Assembly (NCBI RefSeq): GCF_963921235.1
Contig: NC_086097.1
Coordinates: forward strand, 121,522,001-121,586,000
Source of the DNA: Mobula hypostoma
Taxonomy: Eukaryota
Length of the DNA stretch: 64,000 nucleotides
Direction of reading: 5' to 3'
A model generated the notes under the pieces. It was not told where the DNA came from. It saw only the letters and a program-made list of their open reading frames with translations, and ran no database searches. Position numbers and translations under genes: made by a program. Positions 12,113-23,096 of the stretch are shown one piece after another. Positions within the stretch are counted from its first letter, which is position 1. Every line of letters starts with the position of its first letter.

Positions 12113-12615
12113 AGACACAAACAATTCTGCTTATGCTGGAAATCCAGACTAAGACATAAGGAACTCAGCAGGTCAGGCAGCATGTAGGGAGAGGAATAGA
12201 AGGTCAACAACTCAGGCCAAGACCCTTTATCAGGATTGGCTTGACTAAGGGTCAAACGCCTGAAACGTTGAAAGTTTATTCTTCTCTATAGATGCTGCTT
12301 GACCTTCTTAGATCCTCCAGTACTTTGTGTTGCAAAAATTAGGAGCAGGCAGCAGGTTCCCATTGACTATTATTTGTTGCCTCTTAATTTCCTTAGGTCA
12401 AAATGTTGGGCAAAAGTTAACATTGGGTTCCTATAAGTTCTTCTTTCTCACTGACCAAGTGCTGGTTTTAGCTTAATTAGCTGCAAACAAGAGACAATCT
12501 GCAGATGCTGGAAATCCAAGCAAGACACACAAAATGCTGGAGAAACTCAGCAGGCCAGACAGCATCTTTGGAAAAGAGGATAGTTGATGTTTCAGGCCAA
12601 CGCCCTTCAGCAGAG
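12113..12615. mobile_element. Decayed PLE terminal copies: head-to-head pair at about 12113-12335 and a minus copy at about 12487-12615
   Basis: Share ctgcagatgctggaaatc...aactcagcaggtcaggcagcat...gacccttcatcagga with 223-445. Confidence 0.65.
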
Positions 12616-12865
12616 TCTTGATTAGCTTGTCCCTGTTGTAACCTTTCAGATTTGCTGTAACAACAGCTCAGTATACATTTGAATGATTATGTACAGAAAT
12701 TCTTGAAAAGGTCTGAGCAAACTCTTTGTCTCCCACTTTTAACAAGTTTACAATCCTTTAGTTAGTGTTGTTCCACTTTTGGTTTATCCTAGTGTTTTGT
12801 TTTTATAAATTCTCTGCCACTTGGGTTCAGGCTGATTTTTGTTTTCATATGACATGTCGTACTTT

Positions 12866-13430
12866 GTCGACCCCCTCTGCTCCATTCGCCAAAGACGTAA
12901 CTTCCCAATGACCAAACAGTTTAATTCCCCTTCCTGTTCCAACTGTTGGTCCATGGCTTCCTCTTGTGCCACAAAAAGCCCACCCTCAGGATAGAGGAGC
13001 AACACCTTATTACGTCTGAGTAGTCTCTTATCTAATGGTATGAATATTGATTTCTCCTTCCGTCATATAAAAAAATAAATAAATTCCCTTCCCCTCTCTT
13101 CTTCTTCTATTCCCCATCCTGGCTGCTTGCCTCTTCTCACCTGTCTGCCACCTCTCCCTGGTGCCCCTGCTTCCCTTTTCCTCATTTCCTATCAGACTTC
13201 TTTCTCTCCAGTCTTTTAGCTTTCCCACTTATCACCTTCTAGCTAGCCTCCTTGCGCTCCCCAAACTTCTTTATTCTGGCATCTTCCCCCTTCCTTTCCA
13301 GTCGTGAAGAAGGGTCTCAGTCCAAAATGTTGACCTATGTTCACTTCCATGATGCAGCCTGACCTGCTGATTTCCTCCAGCATTTTGTGTTTTGTTTTAT
13401 ATTTCTAGCATTTACAGAATCTTTGATGTT
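12866..13430 (+). mobile_element. PLE 3' fragment (endonuclease C-terminus plus terminal repeat)
   Basis: Collinear with 44390-44985 (ggaggagcaacacctt...ggtatgaatattgatttctc, pyrimidine-rich tract, decayed hammerhead at about 13300-13335). Confidence 0.75.
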
Positions 13431-13715
13431 TTTGATTTATTATCTTTATTTTCTGTACCTTGCATTTCATTCCATTCTCTGCCTTAAAATAATTAAGATT
13501 TTAAGAGCCTTTGATATTTTTAATCAACATTCTTCCTAAGCTAAGGTAATATTTAACAATCTTTTGTCTTGTAAATAGCTTGAATGCCTTGACACTCGAT
13601 CATCTTGTCTTTCAAAAAGCAAACTTTGTTTATTATCAGTTTTACACAACATTACTTTATCTTCTGTTTAACACTATATTAAGTTCATAATCTTACAATT
13701 CTTGAAATTAAAGTT

Positions 13716-13995
13716 GGCATGGTAGCGCAGTGGTTAGCATAATCAATTTACAATGCCAGCGATCATTGATAAGGGGTTGATTCCTGGCAGTGTCTGTAAG
13801 CAGTGTGTACGTCCTCCCTGTGACCGCATGGATTTCCTCCTACATTTCAAAGATCTACAGATAGTGTTAGTGAGCTGTGGGCACTAGAATTGTGGCAACA
13901 CTTGCGGCTGCCTCCCAGCACAATCCATGCTAATTTGATTTGTCGCAAACGATACATTTCAATGTATGTTTTGATGTACGTGACAAATAAAGCTG
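13716..13995 (+). mobile_element. V-domain SINE
   Basis: A-box-like TGGTAGCGCAGTGG, B-box-like GGTTGATTCC, shared core, tail ending AATAAA. Confidence 0.65.
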
Positions 13996-15663
13996 ATCTT
14001 TTAATATTTTTCTTTTCTTAAATGTCTTTTAGGTGCACTTTCCTAAGCAGTGTGCATGACAGTCATCTGCTTTGCAGCCATTTCATTACACTGTAATTAC
14101 AGATATTTATGATGTTGAATTTTTAGCTTAATATCAGTCAGTAATGATCTGTATAACACACCCTATAATCACAAACTAACCAGTCATATCCTCTCCTATC
14201 GAAGCATATTATTTTAATACAACAATAGCCTTTATTTCACAAAGGAACATAGAAGTACAGAGAAGGTGCAGAAAAAATTTGCAAGGTTAGTATGAGATTG
14301 CATACCATGTTATTATCAGTAATTCTGAACTATTTTGAGCTCCTCCTATAGAAGTGAGAAAGCTGAGACCTTTTGAAATTATCAAAGGGCAGGTAGAAAG
14401 CAGATAGCAAAGAAATTAGAAAGAATAACATGTTTTTTTCAGCACAATGCAAATGAAAAATAAATGTGTCTGCCTGAAGTGGAATATGTCTTCCAAGTCA
14501 CATAGTATATTCCAGTAATTCTTTCAGAACCTTAAATAGTTCAAATGTGTGTTTTTGCCAATGGAAAGTTTTCCGCAGTGGATTTAGACCTAACTGTGTT
14601 TGTTCTTGTGCAGTGCAAGTTTAGGGTATTGTCCGTACAAATGAACTGTATAAACATGATGGTGTTCATCCTCTAATATTTTTGTTTAAAAATGATGGTG
14701 GGAGTTCAAACTGCTGAGCACCCTGCAGGCTGATAACTCATACTGAAAATTATTTCTATTGACCACAGAAATATCTACTGAATTACATTGCGATTGGGTA
14801 CTAGTTAATATGGAGTGTTTCGCTGTCATCATGTTGGACTTTATTGAGATGGGAGTATCAGTCCCAGAAACAGAGTAAAACTCTCAAACTCCATGAGATG
14901 AGTTGTATAAGTACTCCCATTCAATGGACAATCCTCACTAAATTTGCTAATACACACAATCTCACCTTTGGTTCTCCAGAGAAGCAATGGCTGTGGAAAC
15001 TTAAGTTTTCAAAAGTAGTGGTCAATGAAAGCTGGTCATTCTGCAACCAGTCGGTGCCATGTTTGTTCTTCAGTAGAGCTCAAAGTAACTGGTTCACTCA
15101 ACTTCCCAATCTCAGGGTTATTTTAGGCCACCCCAAATTACCTTTCTTCTACCTTCAGAGTATCTTGTTCACAGCAGCACTGATAATCTACCCTACAGGG
15201 TAGGGACTTCTGTATTAGTGAAGGTGATGAGTACTGAACAATCTGTAAATAATGCAATTTTGCAGGCTTCAGCAGAGATAAATTGCACTCATGAAGTATC
15301 TTAGGTTCTAGTTCAGAATCTGTGAATTTAAAGGGCCTGTATTTCCTCAGTGTCCGTTGTGCTCAATCTTAAGACACGATTTGTACTACGTATCCAGGAA
15401 ACTCATACAGTCTGAGTGATTTCACTTTGCCAATTGTCTTCTGGGGACAGAACTATCCTAGATTTTGTGACGTAATATCTGCCTCCTTCCCTCCTGGCTG
15501 CTGTCCATGTTTCCGCAACACAGCTTTATCCTAATTAATCCTATGGATAAGATTTCTTTGAAGTGAAAGCCAGAAATGGATCATATAACTTTGCATCTGC
15601 AGTATAATAATGTTGTAAGTGGTGATGGAATGAACTTTATGTGCTTTTGGCTGGGAAAATTTC

Positions 15664-15850
15664 TTCACCTTATTATCTTTGCCCGTCACCTCCTAGTGCT
15701 CCTCCCCCTTCCCTTTTTTCCATGGTCTTCTACCCTCTGCTATCAGATTCCCTCTCTCCAGCCCTTTATCTCTCTCATCTATCAACTTCCCAGTTCTTTA
15801 CTTCACCTCTACCCCTCTCCCAGTTTCACATATCACCCACTACCTTGTAC
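15664..15850 (+). mobile_element. PLE terminal-repeat pyrimidine-rich fragment
   Basis: Similar to 13100-13300 and to the reverse complement of 18850-19050. Confidence 0.55.
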
Positions 15851-16372
15851 TTTGTCCCGTAATCTACATATCAAGAATTGTTCGGGATCATGAAAGCCTC
15901 CTCTCATCTATGTAAGATGCTGGAGATTTTCAGCATGTCAGATAGCAGCTCTAAAGTAAGGAATGTTGAAAGGTCATCAATTGGAAGTGGTGTTATCTCC
16001 GTTTCTCTCTCCACAGTGCTGACTTATCTGAAGTACACTTCTGGAACTTTCAGTTTGTTTCAAATTTCTCTCTGGAGTCTGGCCTCTATTACTTTTAGCA
16101 GTATGAACATGATAAATTCATAAATCAGTTGAAATGCAGTCTACCTACTTCATTCATTAACCTTCTGTTGTTTCTAAAAATCTTTACCTCTAATCAATCT
16201 CAGAAAATCTCAGTTTTGCATTTGCTATGTTAATGTTCCCTTCTATGCATGAATTTTTGGGAGGATTTTTTTTTACTTGAAGGTGTTTTAAAATCAGATT
16301 TTTACCCTGCTTGTGCTCGTTCAGAATCAGCATAGTTTAATATTCATTCTTGATGGTGACTGTAAAAGATTG

Positions 16373-16760
16373 AGAACATAAAGACGTAGGATCTGAATAA
16401 AGCCACTAGGCCCCTTGATTGACTTTGCTGTTCCATCATGGCTGATTTATTACCTTTCTCATCCCCATTCTCCTACCTTCTCCCCGTAACCTTTGATGCT
16501 CTTACCAATCAAGAGCTTATCAAATTCTGCTTTAAATACACCTATTGACTTGGCATCCGCAGCCATCTGTGGCAAAGAATTCCACAGATTCACCACCGCT
16601 AGTGCTAAAGCAATTCATCCTCATCTCTTTCTAAAGAGATGTTCTTCTATTTTGAGGCTGTGCCCTCTGGTCCTAAACTCCCCCGCTAAAGGGAACATTC
16701 TCTCCATGTCCACTCTGTCTAGGCCTTTCATTACTTGATAGATTTCAATGAGATTATATT
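16373..16760 (-). mobile_element. CR1 3'-end fragment
   Basis: Similar to other CR1 3' ends (gaattccacagattcacc, ttgaggctgtgccctctggtcct). Confidence 0.75.
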
Positions 16761-16904
16761 TCATTGCTGTTAACAAGCAAAGTTCTTCAGTGAAGTTTTA
16801 TTGAAAAATAATTGCCCTCAAGCAGTAAATAATTTTGCTCTGCACAGATGCTGCCTCAGCTGCCAAGCAGTCAGAAAATTTGTTTTAATTTTTAATTTAA
16901 TCTT

Positions 16905-17190
16905 TTTAAGATTGAGATACAGCACGGAATAGGCTGTTCTAGCCCTTCGAGGCATGCAGCCCAGCAATCCCCAGATTTAATTCTAGTCTAATCATGGGAC
17001 AATTTATCATGACCAATTAACCTACCAACTGGTACATCTATGGACTGGGGGAAGAAACCGAAGCACTTGGGGAAACCCACACATTTATAGGTAGAACGTA
17101 CAAATTCCTTACAGGCAGTGGCAGGAGATGAGCCCGGGTTGCTTGCACTGTAAAGCGTTATGCTAATCGCTGTACTACCATGTCACCCTC
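16905..17190 (-). mobile_element. V-domain SINE
   Basis: Reverse complement of the SINE type at 17960-18245. Confidence 0.6.
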
Positions 17191-17959
17191 ACTGGCAGTA
17201 TTTTGTGTCCTTATTCCAAGTGATCAGAGCAGACTTATAGAAAACTCTGGAAATTAATTTTCTTAAGCACATCACCCCTACTGGGGCATATGCAGCAGAC
17301 AGTAGCCCGCTAGAGTCCTCTGTCCTCGGCCAAAGGTTGATCAGCCCTGTGGCTTCCACTTTCACCATGGGACTTCATACGTCATCGAGGCGAAGAGCCT
17401 TCCTTCCCTGGGGGTGAAGCCTTTGGAGCTTCTGTTGGCATTTCTGTAGCTCTGGGTTTTCATGGGATGGGGTTGCTCTTTCCGTGCCCAACCCTCCGGC
17501 TTTCGCAGCCTGGCTTGGAATTGTCCGTGGTGGAGTTTTGGAAGTTAATTAGTGTTGAAAGTTGCTGGCATCACCAAAGTACTTTACACCTGATGTTAGG
17601 ACGTTATTAATGCCAGATGTACAGTTATAATGCAGTATGTTTCATTTTAAGCTCGTTTTTTTCTGTTTCCATTTCTCATTAAGTATGAATTCTGTGCATG
17701 TTTGGAATAGCAAGAGTTGCCAAGAAAATTAGAATCAGGTTTATTACCACTAACATATATCATGGTTTGTTTTGTGGCAGCAGTACATAATAAAATACCA
17801 TAAACACATAGTGTAAATAGAGAATAAAATATTGATCTCATACATACTTCTCTCAGATGATGGTGAGTTTGTGAAATTAAATATTCATGTATTCTCTGAA
17901 GGATGAATTGAATAATGAATCATATTCTGTTTGAAAGAACAAATAGGAATGAACCAGAG

Positions 17960-18245
17960 GGCACCATGTTAGCTGGCGTTTAGCATGATGCTATTACAGC
18001 TCTCGGCATCGAAGTTCAGAATTTAATTCTGACTCTAAGGAGTTTGTATGTTCTTTCCGTGAATGTGTGGGTTTCCTCCAGATGCTCCGGTTACCTCCCA
18101 CAGTCCAAAGATGCACTGGTTAGTAGGTTAATTGGTCAGTCTAAATTGTCCTTTGATTAGTCTAGTGTTAAATAGATTGGTTTCTGGGTGGTGCAACTCG
18201 CTGGGCCAGGATAACCTATCCTGTGCTGTATCTATTAAGTAAATT
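17960..18245 (+). mobile_element. V-domain SINE
   Basis: Core ggagtttgtatgttctttccgtgaatgtgtgggtttcctccagatgctccggttacctcccacagtccaaaga; LINE-like tail gtgctgtatct. Confidence 0.7.
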
Positions 18246-18504
18246 GGAAAAAAGTTATTTTGTTTTTTATGTGCGGGGCAAAAAAATGTCATGTCAGTGG
18301 ATCAGAAATGCAAATGTAGAAAACTCCCTCCTGGTCTTTGAAGGTTTTATGATTCTGCTACCAAGCTCTGTAATTGAATTATTAATATTATGACAGAGCT
18401 GATATGAATAGACATCGATAATCGTCATCCGTATTATCAGGTTAAAAGTTTAAAGAAATTTGACACTTGACTCACTCTTTGTTGGTATTTTGTTGATGTG
18501 ATAG

Positions 18505-18659
18505 GAAAGCAGTTCACTTCTGAATTTACTGGTGCAGACCGAATCACCAGCTCAAGGTGAAATGGATGAAGTTGATACTCTTGTAAGACTGAAGCTACAG
18601 AAGGAGTTGACAAGATTCTTCAATGCAATATTACGATCCCTCACTTCTGTTACAGACAG
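18505..18659 (+). CDS. RTTN: Rotatin exon 6 of 9: ESSSLLNLLVQTESPAQGEMDEVDTLVRLKLQKELTRFFNAILRSLTSVTD(R)
   Basis: atag acceptor, GTAAAG donor; matches rotatin LLDLLVLTES...LQKEL...VTDR. Phase 0/2. Not in the ORF track. Confidence 0.9.
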
Positions 18660-18749
18660 GTAAAGACGACTGAGCTTGATATTTTTGTTCCTTAGCAATT
18701 TAACCCACTGTGCTGAAGAATTTAGCAAGTCAGAGATCATCTTTTGACG

Positions 18750-20275
18750 AATAAACAGTTAATGTTTTTGGCCAAGACCCTCATCAGGATGGGAAGGATA
18801 GGGGAAGAGGCCAGATTAAGAATGTGGAGGTTAGGGAAGGAGTATAAGCTGACAGTTGGTAAGTGAGACCAGGTGAGGAGGAAGGTGGTTGGGTGGGTGT
18901 GGGATTGGGGATGAAGTGAGAAGCTGGAAGATGAAAGGGGGAAATGGTAAAGGGCTGAAGAAGGAGGAGTCTGATAGGAGAGGAGAGTGAACCATGGGAG
19001 AAAGGGAAGATGGAGGGGTATCAGAGGGAGGTGATGGTCAGGTGAGGAAAAGAGAAAGGGAGCCAGAATCAGGGATGGAAAAAGAGAGGAGGAGGGAGAC
19101 AAATCACTGGAAGTTTAAAAAATCAGTGTTCATGCCATTGGGTCGGAGGCTACCCAGACGGAATCTGAGATGTTACAACCTGAGTGTGCCCTCCTTGTAG
19201 CAGTAGTGGAAATTATGTACCACCATACTGGAATGGGGTCATATTTAAATGGGTGGCCACCAGGAAAACCCACCTTTTTGTGGTAGAAGGAGCAAAAGAT
19301 CCTCTCCAAGCAGAGCACATAACCCTGATAGACTGTCAGTTAAGTGTTGCCTCACCTGGAAGAATTATTTTGGGGCCCTGAATGGTGGTGACTAAGAAGG
19401 TGTAAGGGCAACTATAACACTTGCCTTGTCTGTAGAGATAGGTGCTAGGAGCGAGATCAATGAGGATAAGGGAGAAGGCAGTAACAAAGAAGAGGATCCC
19501 TTTCCACCACCATCGACAATGTCCTCACTTACATCTGCATTTCCTGCACATCTGCCCTCACCCTATCCTCCCACAGCAATAACAGGGATACAGTTTGCTT
19601 TGTCCTTACCTACTACTCCACACTCAGTGGGGAGGGACAAATAGACAAGTGAGTTGCATAAAGAGCAATCACTGTGGAAATTGGAAAGTCGGGGGGGAGA
19701 CAAAGATGTGCTTTAGTGGTAGGATCCTGTTGTAGATGGCAGAAGATACAGAAAATGATGTGCTGAATATGGAGACTCTTGAGGTGGTACAGTAAGTAAG
19801 GACAGAGGAACTCTATCCCTCCAATAGCATTGGAGAGATACGGTGAGGGCAGATGTGTGGGAAATGGAAGAGATATGGGTGAGAGCTGCATCAGTGGAAG
19901 AGGAAGGGAAACCCTGTTCGTTGAAAAAGGTGATGAAAGCCTGATCCTGAGAACAGATGCAGCAGAAATAGGGAAACTGAGAAAAGGGTATAGCATTTTT
20001 ACAAGTGACAGGGTGAGGAGAAGTATAGTCAAGGTCGCTGTGAGAGTCGGTAGGCTTGTGAAAAGTATCGGTAGTTAGTGTATCTCTAGAGAGAGGTGTT
20101 GAGATGGACAAGTAAATTTGAAGGCGTGGTGGAAGCTGGAGGCAAAATTGATGAAGTTAACGAGTTCAGCATGGGTGCAGAAAGCAGCACCAGTGCAGCC
20201 GTCAGGGGATGGACTGTTCCATGTAGCCTGTGAAAAGGCAGACGAAGCTGGGGCCCATGTGAGTGCCAATGGCTC
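18750..20275 (-). mobile_element. Degenerate PLE (RT, linker, endonuclease remnants, terminus) with an internal inverted segment
   Basis: ORFs 20075..20269 and 19713..20111 (KPTDSHSDLDYTSPHPVTCKNAIPFSQF); terminus with decayed hammerhead at about 18750-18790. Confidence 0.8.
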
Positions 20276-20679
20276 CTCCTACTTTCTCCAAACTTAAGGT
20301 TTGGAGAAAACGAGAAAATCCAAAATGCAAGTTACTGAAGGTTTTAACACTGTTTTAAATTTTGGTTCATGAATTTTCTGAATAAAAGCTGACAGTTCCC
20401 CCTAATTTGAGCTTTGGGCTGTTGTATTCTGTTATTGGCCGTTTTGTGGTATCCAATGTTAGAAAGTAAACTAATCTGTGTTCTGTATCTGCTGCAGTCA
20501 CAATAAAGCACATCTGTTTAAGGAAGAGCTGTGGATAAATACAAGTCCAAGATAATTTTCCTTCCATTTTAATTAAGTTGATTTAAATGTATTTTGTTGC
20601 AACCTGCTGCTTTTAAGTCTTAAAGTGAATAAGTCTTGTGAACAGAGCATACAGTTCTTTAACATTTTAAGAGCTGGCA

Positions 20680-21430
20680 TTGTTAGTGAAGTCCCCTCAC
20701 CAGGCTCGTGTGGAAACTTGGATCGTTGCCGGCCCTGCTAACAGCCACAGGACTCAGCAGTGAGAAGGCCACCTTTCATTAACAATAGGTGTCTAGAGTT
20801 GGTATGATTTGGGGTACAACCAAGCAGGAATGCCCTGATGTTCTGATTAAAGAAACTTTGATTTGAGCGAATGCTGTGTAAATACTGCCTTTACATGATT
20901 GTTGGTCAGCAAGAAATAACAAATTGTACATGGCATAAAATTATAAAGAAAGTATATTTACAAATTTCAGCTTTATCAAATAGTTCGTAAGAAAAAGAAA
21001 AGGAAAAAATAAATAAAAGCACCCATTACAGTTAACCTAGTTCAAATATGCAGATAAAATTGGAGCTCATACTGGTGTTGTTTTTAACTCACACGCTGGA
21101 CCCTTGGCCTGCATGAAAGCACACACTGCGTCCCAAACGTCGCTCAAAATCTATCTCGAAGAAGCGGGTACTCTCTCAGGAGTATTGGCCCTTTGCCTTG
21201 GAGCCATTCTTCTGAACAAAGCACCTTGTGCAACAGGGACGCTGCTTCCCACGGCACCCTCAGCTGTCTTCCTTCCTGTCCTCTCTGCAGCTCCTGCCAA
21301 AATAAACTTGTGAACCAGACTGTCTGTCACAAATCTCTCTCCGCCTCGCTGTCTCGAACTTTCTCCCATTTCCACCATCCTGATTGGCTGACACAACATT
21401 TCTTACTTGAATATCATAGCCCCGTGTATT
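20680..21430. mobile_element. Unclassified element, possibly a truncated solo LTR
   Basis: Begins TGTTAG; compositionally distinct from its flanks; CCAAT box on the minus strand near 21382. No matching terminus or TSD seen. Confidence 0.25.
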
Positions 21431-21431
21431 G

Positions 21432-21800
21432 TTTAAAATTATGAGAGGCATAGATAAGATGGATGCCAACAGTCTTTTTTGTTATCCCCCAGGTTAGAAG
21501 AGTCCAAAAATAGGGAGCAAAGGTTTAGGGTGAGAAGGAAAGTTTTTGAAAGGACGGAGGCACAACTTTTTCACGCGAGGGTGGTGAGAGTAAGGAAAGA
21601 GCTGCCAGAGGGAGTTTTTGAGGCAGGTGTAAGAGCATCATATAAAATGCATGTGGGTAGGTACATGGAATGATGGGGCTTGGGGGGATATGGCCCTAAT
21701 GCAGGAAATTGGGACTAGTTGGGTGGGCAGCACATCTGGCATGGATTCATTGGGCTGACAGGCCTGTATCTGTGCTGTATTGCTTTGTGACTCCGTGACT
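21432..21800 (+). mobile_element. CR1 3'-end fragment (sense)
   Basis: ORF 21479..21673 resembles the CR1 C-terminus; tail gtgctgtattgctttgtgactccgtgactct. Confidence 0.7.
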
Positions 21801-22172
21801 CTTAACTATCCCCAACTGTAACTTACAGTATCCAACCCTATGAATTCATTCTGCCATGTAAGCCCTCTTCTTTGGCTGCGTTTGTTCATCTACCAGGGCT
21901 TCCCTTCTGGAATTTCCTTCATAAATCACTCATTCTTTTAGAGCCCTTCTTCCCCCTCTCTTGAAAAGGGTATCTTGTTGACAAGCTTTTGCCCTCCCAT
22001 ATCTTTTGTTTGGATCAGCAACTTTTCCATTTTTGCATGTCAAGCTATGAATTAGGAAAGTAATTCATAGAAAGTAGAATTAGGAAATTAAACATGATGA
22101 ATAAACTCTGATTGAGCTTCCAGCCGCATACAGGTATTGATTATATCCTCATCAGGGATGATGCTTGGGCAT

Positions 22173-22913
22173 TCTTTTTCTTCTTCTCCGTCTTGTTTTA
22201 CGGCAGTTGGCATCCAGCTTAATGGTGCATTACCGCCATCTTCTGCTCCGGAGTGTGCAATAGACTTGCATTCTAAATCCTTTCACCCAATCAATCTCTC
22301 TCAATCTCAATCTCAATCTCAATCTCAATCTCAATCTCTCTCTCTCTCTCTCTCTCTCACTCACTCTCACTCTCTCACTCTCTCTCTCTCTCACTCTCTC
22401 ACTCTCTCACTCTCTCACTCTCTCACTCTCTCACTCTCTCACTCTCTCACTCTCTCTCTCACTCTCACACACCCTAACCTACACTTTATCCTCCCATCTT
22501 TGGCCACCCTAGTACCCTATTTCTGATTATCCATCATATCCTATATAAAAAAAACCCTGGACCCCTTAAGAAAGCTAAAAATACCCTGACCTGTGCTCTC
22601 CTCACCCATGCCCAGCAACCCTTTTAATATGAATTCCTGCACCCTCAATTCCTTCAAGTTAATTCTCATCATCTCTCTCGGTATCCCATACTTCCTGCAA
22701 CTCAGAACTACATGTTCTACTGACTCCTCTTCCTGACATTCCTCACACAATCCTGTCTGGTCTTTCCCTATCATTTACAATGTTTTGTTTAATGCACAGT
22801 CCCCCAGCCCTAACCTAGTCCACACAGTTTCCTCTCTTCTCTATCCACTACCTACCCTAGTACCTGCAATACTCTTTTGTATTTGTATAAATGCCTCTCT
22901 TTCCCCTCCCTGT
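22173..22913 (-). mobile_element. I/Nimb-clade LINE 3' fragment
   Basis: ORF 22541..22774 has CEEC..EESVEHVVLSC zinc knuckle, preceded by RLGxCALN. 3' end ggcggtaatgcacc...tggatgccaactgccgtaaaac...gaagaagaaaaa. 14-bp TSD tgatgcttggg(c/t)at at 22159-22172/22914-22927. Confidence 0.75.
22291..22470. repeat. Compound microsatellite (TCTCAA)n-(TC)n-(TCTCTCAC)n
   Basis: Read directly; lies within the 3' UTR of the I-type LINE. Confidence 0.95.
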
Positions 22914-23096
22914 TGATGCTTGGGTATGTCTAATCTGATGGTATTTATACCCTTCTGATTGGTTAGTCCTCATCCAATCAGGTTTCTGCTCTCCCACCTT
23001 GTGTACAATCGAAGTGAGTTCTTACTTAGAGCGAGACCTTTGTCTTTGTTAAAATTCTTTTCCTCTACTTTTTAACAAAGACAAAGGTCTAGCTCT

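Noticed and set aside
13716..13790. tRNA gene
   Set aside because: A/B-box-like head runs into a SINE body; no cloverleaf can be built.
14844..15203. 119-aa ORF in unique sequence
   Set aside because: Non-ATG start, no recognisable motif, and flanking RTTN exons already join in phase without it.
22137..22526. 129-aa ORF with SQSQ/SLSH repeats
   Set aside because: Translation of a microsatellite inside a LINE 3' UTR.
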